DNA from: Octopus vulgaris
Lineage: Eukaryota
DNA length: 64,000 nucleotides
Assembly (NCBI GenBank): GCA_951406725.2
Contig: OX597816.1
Span: forward strand, 156,240,001-156,304,000
Reading direction: 5' to 3'
Shown: positions 1 to 13,092 of the stretch, piece by piece
How the letters are laid out: every line of letters starts with the position of its first letter
How positions within the stretch are numbered: position 1 is the first letter of the stretch
Made by a program: the position numbers and the translations under genes
The notes under the pieces: model-generated
Told to the model about the DNA's origin: nothing
Database searches by the model: none
Seen by the model: the letters and a program-made list of their open reading frames with translations, nothing else

Positions 1-340
1 CTCAGTAAAGCTGGACTCAAGAGTCATCTTCATAGTCATAAAGTGAGACCGATGATTGATTACCAGGCTGCTGCTGGTGGTGCTACACACCATATTAATC
101 ATATCTCTCAGGCATGTGGAAGGAAGTGTGATTCGGCGGGAGGACTTAAATGATATGCAAAGGTACATGAACCCCAATTACAATTGCAGCCGGCTATTGC
201 CGGTAAAGGTTTTAGCTGCCAATTCTGTACAAGACATTGGAGATCCTTAGCTGGGCTATAAAGTCACATTTCATCACAGCACTCTTAACAGTTAAGCCTC
301 GTGCCATAGCCATACACGATAATGAGGGGGCAGCCATCAG
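1..340 (+). mobile_element. 3' end of an RTE-clade LINE with degenerate C-terminal C2H2-like zinc fingers, followed by a (GTAT)n tail
   Basis: Frame 1 reads LSKAGLKSHLHSH..QACGRKCDSAGGLK*YAKVH..FSCQFCTRHWRSLAGL*SHISSQH*, with stops at 151 and 259. This matches the CxxCGRxCxSxxGLxSHxxxH C-terminus of RTE ORFs. A short 3' UTR runs straight into (GTAT)n. Confidence 0.7.
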
Positions 341-500
341 GTATGTATGTATGTATGTATGTATGTATGTATATGAATATATGTGAATATATATGTAAGT
401 GTTTGTGGGAATATGTATAGATATATATCTCTCTATCTATCTACCCGTCCATCCATCCATCCGACCATCCATCCATCCATCCATCCACCCATCCATCTCT

Positions 501-559
<59 letters not shown>

Positions 560-590
560 CCACACACACACACACATATACATATATATT
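341..590. repeat. Compound microsatellite (GTAT)n/(CCAT)n/(TCTA)n/(CA)n
   Basis: Directly visible. Confidence 0.95.
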
Positions 591-1530
591 AATGTATTTT
601 TATGTCCTGTTATAATAAAAACAATTTTACATCAACCTAAAAGATTACTCAATATTTTTATAGAGTAAAAAATTGTTGTTTAATGAGGATATTATTGGCA
701 GTGACTTCGAAGTACCAGCTACTTAAGCCATAGAGGAGAGAGAGAGAGAGAGAGGAAGAGGAGGAAAGAGAGAAGGCGAAATAAAGAGGGAGAAAGTGAG
801 AGAGAGAGAAAGAGAGAGAGAGAAAGAGAGAGGGAGAAAGAGAGAGGACAAAAGTAAATCGTGTGCTGATACGTGTACAACCTGCATATATATCTCGGCC
901 ATTTACATACATTGCTTGTTATCAGTTTTTTCAGATCTTGAATATTATAAGAACAACGTTTTGCGGAGGAATCACCTTTTTTTTTTACATAATGAATGTT
1001 AAAGCTGACAGAGAATCTCAATTTGCGTTTTATTGTTCATGGATATGTGTGTATATGAGTATGTGTATGTCTGAGTGTTTGTATGTGTGTTTGAGTGTGT
1101 GTGCGTGTGATAGTCAGAGAAAACACATTTTTTAATTTACTTCACTGAAAGAGCATGTAAAAAGAAAATGATTTAACGAAGTTATTGCAATCACGTTAAA
1201 TAACGATAATATCACAACTGAAAATCTTTAAACGGCACAGTTTACGTTCTTGGCAATTGAATTTCCTATTCCACCCATGTACCTCAGCAGATTACATGTG
1301 GTTGGTTCGTAGATCATTTTGCTGATAACGTCTTAAAACATTAATAATGAAATACTATTACCTTCACCGAAATACTTTAGTTTAAGTATACATTAAGTTA
1401 CTTTTAAAAAGTAATTTTCCGCTGTGCATTACTAGTTTTGAACGAAATTATGGAGGCAGGTCAAACTTTTTCATGATCTTACATTCAAACTTAATACATA
1501 CATATAATCATGCATATATGCACACAAATT

Positions 1531-1870
1531 GAAGACGCATGGTTTAAAGATGAATGTGATCGACTCTGAGCAAAAGGTAATGTGTTCAATTTGTGGAACT
1601 GTTGACAAGGTTTGTCCTTGAGTAAGACACTTTATTTCAGGTTGCTACTGTTGACACAATTATAACGAATACCAACCGAATGCTGGTAAATCGTTCCCCT
1701 TTTGACTACTACATCCTGGATACTTTGCTAAGTCATGAATGTGTGAGGGGGGAGCAGAAGGTGCTTATATCAGCTGTAATTACATTGAGACCTAAAATAA
1801 TTAGTGAAAGCATGCTACATGTTACCAAACAATATTTACCAGTGGTAGCTAGTTGTACATACGAACATTT
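1531..1870 (+). mobile_element. Degenerate tRNA-derived SINE
   Basis: GAAGACGCATGG head, B-box-like TGTGTTCAATT, and GTCCTTGAGTAAGACACTTTATTTCA, a typical post-tRNA SINE segment. The 3' boundary is uncertain. Confidence 0.5.
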
Positions 1871-2597
1871 TCAGATACTAAAATTCCCATCAAAAAGATA
1901 CCTATTTCCATCTGTGGAAACTTGTGTGTGAATACGTTTTTTTATCCATTAGGAGGGACTATAATAGAACAAGAATGACTTCCTAGCTTTCATGACTATT
2001 GAGATATCAAGGTGACTGATTCTAAGGGTTTGACTTCCTATACATCCGATTCTCTGGGAAACCAGTTTCAACATAGAATACTAGAAATCGATGATGTCAA
2101 ATTGAATAAGTATGCAGGTTTAAAGGATAAATTTACAAACGATGGCTAACTTTCAGTGGGCATAAATAGGGTAGAAAATGTTATCTAGAGGTAACATACA
2201 ATAATACATAAGGTGAAGCGCATGGAAAGATGATCCTGTTTTTAGAAGAGTCGCAGACTCATTAATCGTAGCAGACTACTTAGTCTTAATTGCAATCTAT
2301 AGGTTAATAATCAGAAAAGCCGTCTCCTAAATAGTACAGACGATTGATGGCTAGAAAAGTAGCTTCGAATTGTTATGCACTGTAGTTATTTATATACGCT
2401 TTTCTCCTTGCTTTAAGTTTAGATTAAATTATACGAGGCGTATGTTTCTTATAAACATTTTCTTTATGCGGATATAATGGACTTGAACCCGTACTTTGCT
2501 GCGGTAGACACATACAACATAGAGTAGTGGCAAGTGTTGTTAGGATCCGGGGTAACATTAATAACTTTCATATCTTCCTCATTATTATTATTATTAT

Positions 2598-2918
<321 letters not shown>

Positions 2919-2924
2919 TTTAAT

Positions 2925-3130
2925 CGTCCAGCTGGCAGATTTGTTAGCACGTTGAGCAAAATGCTAAGCGGCATTTCCTAGAGTTCATTACGTTCTGCAG
3001 GTGCCAACTTTGTATTTTCTCATTGCTAGGTCGATAAAATGCGATACTAGTCACATTGTGGGGGCCGATGGTTTCGGGTAAATTCCTCCACTCAACTATC
3101 GGTCTCGTGATTAATTTAGAAACAATTATT
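2925..3130 (+). mobile_element. Degenerate SINE, family A (GGCGGCGAGCTGGCAG head)
   Basis: CAGCTGGCAGATTTGTTAGCACG..AAATGCTAAGCGGCATTTC..TTACGTTCTG aligns by eye with the copies at 32284 and 41718. Confidence 0.7.
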
Positions 3131-3534
3131 ATTATGAACGTTCGTAAATGTTGTTATTAATGCTATAATTTTTCATTACGAAGAATAATTACACCATGAT
3201 CACCATCATCAGCAGCATCATGATGGTCATAACTGATAAATATACAGTTTCTTTAATTCATACTCCCTATCAGTTTTGAAGTAAGCTGAATAGATTCTTG
3301 AGTCTTAATCAGTCTATTTTTCTATACGATTGATTTTTCAAAAGAAAGTAATTTCCATTATTTGTTTGTGAGAAACAAAAACATTGGAGTCCTCTTTAAA
3401 AACAAAAACAAAAATTCTTATATTGATCGCAATTTATTTTCTTAATTGTACGTTTGTTTCTCTCCAATCATGTGCCAATACATATGTACGCACACGCCCC
3501 CACACCAACTCACAAATATGCAAATTTTAATTAC

Positions 3535-3575
3535 GTACATACAACCATCCATTCATACATACATACATACATGCA

Positions 3576-3629
<54 letters not shown>

Positions 3630-3640
3630 TATATATATAA

Positions 3641-3737
<97 letters not shown>

Positions 3738-3853
3738 TATATAAGTGTATATATATATACGTATATATATATATGCATATATAAGTATATATGTATTTAT
3801 ACATACATATATACATATAATAGATACATGCATAAGTATGTGTGTGCGGGCGT

Positions 3854-3885
<32 letters not shown>

Positions 3886-3890
3886 CTGTG
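3535..3890. repeat. (CATA)n/(TA)n/(TG)n microsatellite block
   Basis: Directly visible. Confidence 0.95.
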
Positions 3891-6470
3891 TATGTTTCTA
3901 AGAATTTATCTTTTCTATCATATATATTGATTTCCAAATCACACGCGCGATACACTTGCGCTCATATACTACTCTATATCATGTGCACTGATGAGCCAGT
4001 TTTCTATCAAAAAAGCAATTAATTTGAAATCGCTATACACAACATTATTTTACATAGTACGAAATTATTATACCTAATATTAATTTAGAATAAAAGATTT
4101 CTAAAACTTACAATCGAAAATTTATTTTCTATAGTTTTAAAGAAAAATAAAATATAAACATACCTAGTATTGTATTTTTCTCTATCTTTATAATTTTATT
4201 TTAATTTTTTTCTGAAAATGATTGATTTGAATTTATTGATTTAAACATGTAATTAAACAAAGTTAATTGAATTAATGCAAAATGAACGAAACATTTAACT
4301 GATGAGATGCAGGCTCTACATCCATATATTACAGAAAGTGTGTCTGCCTGACTACGTGGTCCATAGCCGGTCTGCCTGTCTCAGTACTTGATCACATACT
4401 TTCTAGCAAATTGCGTAAAAACCGATATTAATCACTTTCAACATCATCAATTTTACAAAGCCTCCTGAAATGTAACAGAATTTTCACGGAGAAAGAGAGA
4501 GGGAGAGAGAAAGAGAGCGATAAGTAAGAGAGGGGTGGGAATAGTGCGAGAGGGAGGCGAAAGAGAAAGCAATTTAAACAGACCCTTTGGCAATCACTTG
4601 AAGTAAAGTGTAATTTTAGATTTTACGCGTGGTGTTAAAATTATTGCTACATACGTGGAAAGAAATGCCACGTACACGCTTCCTGCTGATATCGAACAAA
4701 CATACACGAATATACATACATAAAAGCGTATATAGATATACACATAGATATATACATGCATGCACATAATATACACATAACGTGTGTAATTATGTATTTG
4801 TATGTATTCTTTGCACTCACACACAGATATAGGTGTTACTCACAGAATATGCATATAGACATAGATGTAGATGTATGTGTGCGGAACGGTTGTTAGAAGT
4901 TGAGCAGTGAAGAAGAAACATTGGCAATCTAATATTTCTACGTTCCAAACATTTTGCTGGTATCTTAAGTAATCACTTTTATCAAAGACTCGGAGTAAGT
5001 TCTGAGGGAAAAAATCAAGTGAAGAGAAACTGTGCGGTGACCTGACAGAAATTCCACGTGAGAGTTACGTTGCGTTGGCTATACAATTAGCTCCTTATTC
5101 AATTAGACATCTACACGTTAATAATAGGTAGTTTAGATGATCGGATAGCTAAAATAACCATTGTCGTAATCAGCGGACATCCATTTCCATTTATTTTTTT
5201 TTTATATGAAAAATGTGTGTATAGCTGTATATGCATTTGATTTCTCCATGCCGTGTATTGCTAATAGCAATTTTACCAATGCATTTATTTCCTTTTTCAG
5301 TATATTTTTGAAATCACTTCAATAAATGGAGTGAAATGCTATTATTTTATGATTTATGCTAGGTTTATTTTCCAATTTACCAAGTGTAGATTTCCAATCA
5401 CTGAAGTAACTCGAGATTTCATTATGTATTGTACTTTTGTTGTGGTTTTAGCTTTTTGTCTGCTTTGGTTTTTCTTCTTTTTGCTAGTTGAGCATAAATG
5501 TCAGCTAGTCTGGCCGAATCAATAGAACGGCCGAATAATATGATGTTGACTGAATGCAATAACCGTCACTGTGACGTGTTCAGAACAAAGATGTTTAGTA
5601 GTGTTCACAGCTGTAATGTAGCCAGATCTTTGGATAATTCAATGGTTGTTATTGATATTGTTGCTGTCGTTCTTGTTTAGTTTAACATAGGCCAGCTTTG
5701 AATATGCAGACTAATGACCAAAGGTCTTCCAGTTGTGAAAATCTCCTCTGCTTTTCAATGGCACAAATGTCTACAATATTCGCCATGTTCTTCCATCTTT
5801 GACAGAATATAATTTGAAGATTTGGCTGATATTTATATACGTCGAGTGGCAATACAGTGGCCATTATTGCTGGATCGAGTTCTAGAAATGTTACTTGATC
5901 TAGTTTGACCGCAGCAATAAATGAACGGCGTATTGTTAAGATGTTACTTGTTATTCTATATTTACAATTAAAAAATTTATAGATAAATTGGCTTGTGAGT
6001 CTAAGCTCATTTAGTAACGTAAGGTAATAACGACGGATCTTCTCATAGGGGATAGGATACCTCGTGAAGTCATTATTATTAATTTCCGTTTCGTGGATAC
6101 CTCTAATATGAACTCAAGGAATTGGACTAAACTTTAAAACTTTATATGACGTTTAAAGCGTTAGTATTAGAAAGCAATGATATAAAACAATGGTTTGCTT
6201 TACTTATAAAAAACTATAATATTCTAGTAATTAATGTGTTACAAATAGACGATATGATGTTTTACGGTCAAAGTAAAATAACAGTTGTAAGTGGAGAAAA
6301 ATATATGATTATACATTCATTCATTTCAAAATGTATAAATGATTATTAATTTTAGAATCTTTCAGTAATTTTGGGGTGTATTGTTGAAGCAAAGCCCAAA
6401 ACTGAAAACATTGTGAAGCGCTTCATGTACAAGAAAATACGACTACGTATTCAGAAAAGTAAACAAATGT

Positions 6471-6506
<36 letters not shown>

Positions 6507-6761
6507 GATATATATTTAACTAGAGACGTGTTTGATTCTGTGTGGAGGTTTAAACGTGTGGCCACAATTATATATATACATTCGGAGATGGATATTTGTT
6601 ACATTTTCTACACGTCTGTCTGCATGAGTGAGTGCATTAAGATGACAAAGAGGACTACAAGCACACTCTCTAAGTAGTTTATTTTGTTGGAAATCCGCCA
6701 GTTCTAGTGCGCACGATACGAAGTAGTGCTTGACAATCCACTACATCTATATTGGTCAACG

Positions 6762-6847
<86 letters not shown>

Positions 6848-6944
6848 TCATGCACATATAAACATTTATGCACACATAAAAATTCATTAATATAAATATA
6901 TAAAAATTGTCAGTCCATAAATACACTTGCAAAGTCTGAATGAA

Positions 6945-7965
6945 GAGGATGAAAAAGCGAATGTAAAATGATTCATAAGGCGTCTGGAACATGCATAAAT
7001 TCTTACGGCTATTTCGAAAAGATATAGGTTACTATGGACGAGATAACTCCAACCATAGCAATACTCTATATTTCTCTCCTGAGTGTTAATAGAATCACAT
7101 GTTTAAAATTTTAAAAGAAATGGTGGGTTAAATAAAAATCGAATGTTTGATCGCACCATTATCTCCGAGCATATGATATTAAATACAATGTATAATAGAA
7201 GATATATTACGACTCTGTATATAATATAAAATTTTTGAAGAGTCCATAATATGGAGAAAGGCTAAATTAGAATCCTATAGTTTAATTATTTTTAAAATAT
7301 TTAAACGTTGAAAGATATTGTGTCTACAGGAAATTATAACGTCAGATATTTTATTGAGTAAAGTATTTTTGTTAATTCGGATTATGTGGATCACCTCCTT
7401 CGTGCATAAATCGCAATTCTTCGTGTGTGTATTATATGGTTTGACTTCCCTTATTATAGACCACTTCATACTGAATTCTTTATTGTTCATTTTTAATTTA
7501 TTAATGTACGTTGGTAGTGTAGTTGGATTTTTGTTTCGTGATTAGTGAACGAGTTTATATGCGCCCTTTATCTACTTTTAAAATCAATGGTAATACCTAT
7601 GTAAATCTTTCTAGGTCCATTTAGTGTTGAGACTTCGACTTTATATACGGTATTTCTCCTTAAACAGAAGCCTTTAAAGGGACAAAATTCCCCATTATGA
7701 CACTCAATTGAATGTTTTTATTTTGTTTCCGGGTTTAGTCATACTATTTTTAATATCCACGTCCTTATTATTGTTCTTCGTGTTAGGATCAGCTAAGTTA
7801 TCTCTAACGGTTTCGTTATTTCTAACTTTAAGCCTGTTATTTGCTGTGATGACAGATCCAAGATTGGGTGTGGTGAAATAGGATAATTTAAGGCGCGATC
7901 TATTAAATATGGAGTGGTATTTATGACCAGGTGGTAAGTTCCTATCGATAATGCTAAAAAATAAC
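6945..7965 (-). mobile_element. Penelope-like element remnant: RT-EN linker, GIY-YIG endonuclease and 3' end
   Basis: The minus strand gives FSIIDRNLPPGHKYHSIFNRSRLKLSYFTTPNL, CPFKGFCLRRNTVYKVEV..KIYIG (GIY-YIG) and WSIIREVKPYNTHTKNCDLCTKE..LLNKISDVIISCRH, the characteristic PLE C-terminus. It is interrupted by stops and frameshifts. Confidence 0.85.
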
Positions 7966-8357
7966 TAACGGAGGCTTCTTACCAGAGGATTCAGATATGG
8001 CGAATAAGGCATCATCTCTATATAGGCCTCCACTAATGTTAGGGATTCTGCCCTAATTTTAGAGATTAGAAATAGGCCAACAATATTTGTGACCTGGACA
8101 GAATATATATATATATATATATATATAAATATATATATGTGTGTGTGTGTGTATACACAAATATATATACACACACACATATATATATATACATATAAGT
8201 ATAAATGCACGCATGTGTACTTGTGCACGTATATGAGTATTGTTAAATGCTTGTTTAAATATAAAATATTCAACAAGAGGGTGTATATTTTCTCCTTTTT
8301 TGTCTAAACGAATCTCTTGAACGATCAGGGAAGTGAAACTAAAAATTATGATTATTC

Positions 8358-8442
<85 letters not shown>

Positions 8443-8826
8443 CATGCATACATACATATATATATATATATATAAATACACACATACATATATATACATA
8501 TATATATATCTAAGCATATAAGTATATACATATACACACACATATACATGTATTCATACACACAAGCACACACACTCATGGACATACACATGCATACACA
8601 AATATGTATATTGGTAATGGTTACAGGTTTCTGCTTATCATTCCACAGTTCTGTCCACCATCTTGTTTTAGGTCATTAACTCACTGGCATCTTCAAAAAA
8701 CCATTTACGTTAGATAGCGAGTAGTTCTGGAATGATTCATCTAATTTACAAAGCTACATAAATTCTAATACGTGTCTATTGAGAGCTTTTTTCCTAATTT
8801 ATATTTCTAAACGTAAACTGCATATG

Positions 8827-8837
8827 TCTATCTATCA

Positions 8838-8927
<90 letters not shown>
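8827..8927. repeat. (TCTA)n microsatellite, left flank of the Tx1 insertion
   Basis: Directly visible. Confidence 0.97.
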
Positions 8928-8928
<1 letters not shown>

Positions 8929-10294
8929 CGTTAAAAGGAGGGCTGGGCATGCCGTGGTTGATGATGCGCAGACACGCGCTGAGACTGCGACATCTCTGGC
9001 TCTATGTAGACGACGGTGAACAGGTGTGGTCGCCGTTTGTGAGGCACGCTTTCCCGCAGCTCGTCTCCATGACCGAACTGCAGTCGTGGATCAAAAAGAG
9101 GCCGAGGAAGGGCGATTGGCACCGCGAGTGTCGCGTTGCTCTCAAGCAAATCTGCCGTCCCGGGTCGACCTTGAGTGACTTCAACACAACCAAAGCATTC
9201 TATAGGGAATTAGTGGAGGGGAGGTACGACGACGCGCTCGGGGCGAACCTGGACGTCGACGAGGAGTACCTGACCCGCCTGTTCAGGACGACTTTCGGGC
9301 CAGGGCCCATGGACAACTTCCAGAGATCCCTGGCCTGGCAGTGCTACCGAGAAGCGCTACCCGTTCGGGATAAGCTCTACAGACACGGCTCGAGAAACAC
9401 GGGGCCGACCTGCCCGAGATGCGGTCAGAGCGACGAAACCGTTCTGCACGCACTCGTGCAGTGTCCAACAATTTCCGACCTGTGGGCTTATGTCGAACAA
9501 CTGCTGTCACGTGTGGGACGAGTCGGTTTATCAGCTGAGTCTATCGTCAATATTGTCACGCCTCCTTCCTTCAAACGGGAAGGAAGAGCTATTTTCATCA
9601 TCCTTGTGGCTATGGCGAAAGAATGTATCTGGTGGACGCGTCTGAAAGGATTGGAGACAAACACTTTCCTCTCTGGTCAATCTCTCATCAACTTCTTCAA
9701 GTACCACTTGAAAAGGAAAGTGAGAGTAGAGAGACAAGTTTTGTCTAGCGAATGTTTTAAAAAAGATGGGTGAATGTAGCAAGGATGGCACGTATGAATG
9801 ACGAAGCCACCTTGAGCATAATCCTATGAACCCAGAAATTGAAAACAGAGGGTTACCCACTTGCAAACAAATGTGGTAACATATAACAATATTGACCAAG
9901 GTTACCGTGGTCTTTTTCGTAGGCTTTTCTTCCCACGGATAAACCTTACTTGCTTTCCCCTTTACACCATATATCATAACACTGTGATACACGATCCCTA
10001 TTGATCGTTCTTTTTTTCCTCTTCCCCTTTTTTTCCCCTTTTTTCTTCTTTTTTCATTTCTCTTTCCTTTTGTTCCTTTTCCTTTTCTTTTTTTTTCTTT
10101 TTATTCTTTTTATTTTATTCAATTTTTTTTTTGTTTTTGTTCTTTTCTTCCCTTTTACGATCCCTCTTGATCGAAAACCTACGCCACCCCCTTTTTTTTC
10201 TTTTGTTTTTTGTTCTCTTCACCCCCCAAAAGAAAAGCTCTACCTTGTAACTTGTCCCATCTGTGTGCAGCCCTGTGTGGCCAATAAAGAAACT

Positions 10295-10295
<1 letters not shown>
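8927..10295 (+). mobile_element. 5'-truncated Tx1/L1-clade LINE: RT thumb GGLG, zf-RVT CCHC knuckle, pyrimidine-rich 3' UTR
   Basis: A GC-rich island beginning PLKGGLGMP. ORF 8949-9773 contains AWQCYREALPV..CPRCGQSDETVLHALVQCP..LW (zf-RVT). The 3' UTR ends in AATAAA at about 10283, directly before (TCTA)n. Confidence 0.9.
8949..9829 (+). pseudogene. Tx1 ORF2 C-terminal fragment with a single frameshift near 9760
   Basis: The 274-aa open frame ends FKKDG*. Shifting frame in the A-run at 9759-9764 continues as RWVNVARMARMNDEATLSIIL* (stop 9827-9829), a plausible native C-terminus. It is 5'-truncated, so not a functional gene. Confidence 0.75.
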
Positions 10296-10600
<305 letters not shown>

Positions 10601-10627
10601 TGTCTCTCTGCCTATCTTTCTGCCTAT

Positions 10628-10775
10628 CTGCCTGGTTTTCTGCCTATCTCCCTTTTACGATCCCTTTTGATCGAAAACCTAACCCCCTTTTATGTTTTTA
10701 TCTTTAATTAAAACATTTAAAATTTTTTTTTTCTCCCCAAAATAAAAGCTCTACTTTGTAATTTGTCCCCATATT
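10628..10775 (+). mobile_element. Older, diverged 3' UTR fragment of the same Tx1 family
   Basis: CCTTTTACGATCCCTTTTGATCGAAAACCTA..CCCCAAAA.AAAAGCTCTAC.TTGTAA.TTGTCCC repeats 10151-10258 with mismatches. Confidence 0.8.
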
Positions 10776-10917
10776 TATCTGCCTGTCAGGAAGTCTATCA
10801 GTCTCTCTGTTTTTCTGTCTACTTGTCTGCCTGCCCGCCTTTATCTATCTATTAATCTATCTATCTTGAACGTGTATATCTATGTATACATGTATGTATG
10901 AATGTATGTATGTATGT

Positions 10918-11605
10918 CGTTATTCCGTTTTAATTCAAGATTTCTTGCCACTAAAGAAAGACCCGTTTTCAAACCTAGATCCTTAGAATTTCGACATCAG
11001 CAACATCGTATTTTTGTTTGTTTGTTTGAAAGAACGTATGTATGTATGTATGTATGTATGTATGTATGTATGTATGTATGTATGTATGTATGTATGTATG
11101 CATGTATGTATGTATGCATGCATGCAGGCATGCATACTTGTATGTATGTATGTATGTATGCAAGTATTTATCTATGTATGTACGTATGTATGTATGTATA
11201 TATGTACGTAGGTATATATGTACATATGTATGTATGTATGTATTCTTATGCATATAGTTGCATATCTAAACATATATATTTTAATGGTAAACTTCTGGAA
11301 AGTTTAAAACATTTTTACAGTTTCACTTATGGATTGGATGTGTAATCTTCAAATTAGCTTTCTCCTTTCTGGTTTTGAGACACCTAATTTTTCAAGACTG
11401 GTATTTAGGCAGCGTGTTACATATATCAGTACCCCAATCATTACGTGTATACACCTGAACTTGTAATCTAGATAGCGTAACTGCAGATTTTTTTCAATAA
11501 TTCAGCGTAGGTATTCTCTTTTTCATGATCTTCAGCTTTATGTTAACATCCGCTGGGCAGCTAATTTCCACAACTGTACACAGTTTCTTTTCTCTCACCC
11601 AAAGC
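10918..11605 (-). mobile_element. 3' part of an RLE-type (R2 superfamily, probably R4-like) non-LTR retrotransposon embedded in (CATA)n
   Basis: Minus strand 11603-11283 reads, with frameshifts, LWVREKKLCTVVEISCPADVNIKLKIMK/ENTYAELL/NLQLRYLDYKFRCIHVMIGVLIYV..LEKLG. This fits a PD-(D/E)xK restriction-like endonuclease tail (E.S.P, K...Y, ..IG..G). The inferred 3' UTR has an internal (CATA)n tract and a unique terminal segment at 10918-11035. Confidence 0.8.
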
Positions 11606-12278
11606 ATGTATGCATGTATGCATGTATGTATGTATGTATGCATCTATGTATGTATGTATGTATGTATGTATGTATGTATGTATGTATGTATGTATGTATG
11701 TATGTATGTATGTATGTATGTATGTATGTATGTATGTATGTATGTATGTATGTATTTATGTATGTATGTATGTACGAATGTATGTATGTATGTATGTATG
11801 TATGTATGTATGTATGCATGTATGTATGTATGTATGTATGTATGTATGTATGTATGTATGTATGTATGTATGTATGTATGTATGTATGTATGTATGTATG
11901 TATGTATGTATGTATGTATGTATGTATGTATGTATGTATGTATGTATGTATGTATGTATGTATGTATGTATGTATGTATGTATGTATGTATGTATGTATG
12001 TATGCATGTATGTATGTATGTATGTATGCATGTATGTATGTATGTATGTATGTATGTATGTATGTATGTATGCATGCATGTATGTATGTATGTATGTATG
12101 TATGTATGTATGTATGTATGTATGTATGTATGTATGTATGTATGTATGTATGTATGTATGTATGTATACGTATGTATGTATGTATGTATGTATGTATGTA
12201 TGCATGTATGTATGTATGTATGTATGTATGTATGTATGTATGTATGTATGCATGTATGTATGTATGTATGTATGTATG

Positions 12279-12310
<32 letters not shown>

Positions 12311-13092
12311 TGTATGTATGTATGTATGTATGTATGTATGTATGTATGTATGTATGTATGTATGTATGTATGTATGTATGTATGTATGTATGTATGTATG
12401 TATGTATGTATGTATGCATGCATGTATGTATGTATGTATGTATGTATGTATGTATGTATGTATGTATGTATGTATGTATGTATGTATGTATGTATGTATG
12501 TATGTATGTATGTATGTATGTATGTATGTATGCATGTATGTATGTATGTATGTATGTATGTATGTATGTATGTATGTATGTATGTATGTATGTATGTATG
12601 TATGTATGTATGTATGCATGCATTGTATGTATGTATGTATGTATGTATGTATGTATGTATGTATGTATGTATGTATGTATGTATGTATGTATGTATGTAT
12701 GTATGTATGTACGTACGTATGTATGTATGTATGTATGTATGTATGTATGTATGTATGTATGTATGTATGCATGTATGTATGTATGTATGTATGTATGTAT
12801 GTATGTATGTATGTATGTATGTATGTATGTATGTATGTATGTATGTATGTATGTATGCATGCATCTATGTATGTATGTATGTATGTATGTATGTATGTAT
12901 GTATGTATGTATGTATGTATGTATGTATGTATGTATGTATGTATGTATGTATGTACGTATGTATGCATGTATGTATGCATGCATCTATGTACGTATGTAT
13001 GTATGCATGTATGTATGTATGTATGTATGTACGTATGTATGTATGTATGTATGTATGTATGTATGTATGTATGTATGTACGTATGTATGTAT
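11606..13092. repeat. About 1.5 kb (TATG)n array with interspersed CATG/TACG variant units
   Basis: Directly visible; it explains all six 400-565 aa MYVC/HTYI ORFs. Confidence 0.99.

Noticed and set aside
685-720. About 30-bp similarity to 29810-29850 (TATTG.CAGTGACTTCGAAGT)
   Set aside because: Too short to interpret; probably a fragment of an old dispersed repeat
9531-9992. 153-aa antisense ORF
   Set aside because: A shadow of the Tx1 ORF and its UTR
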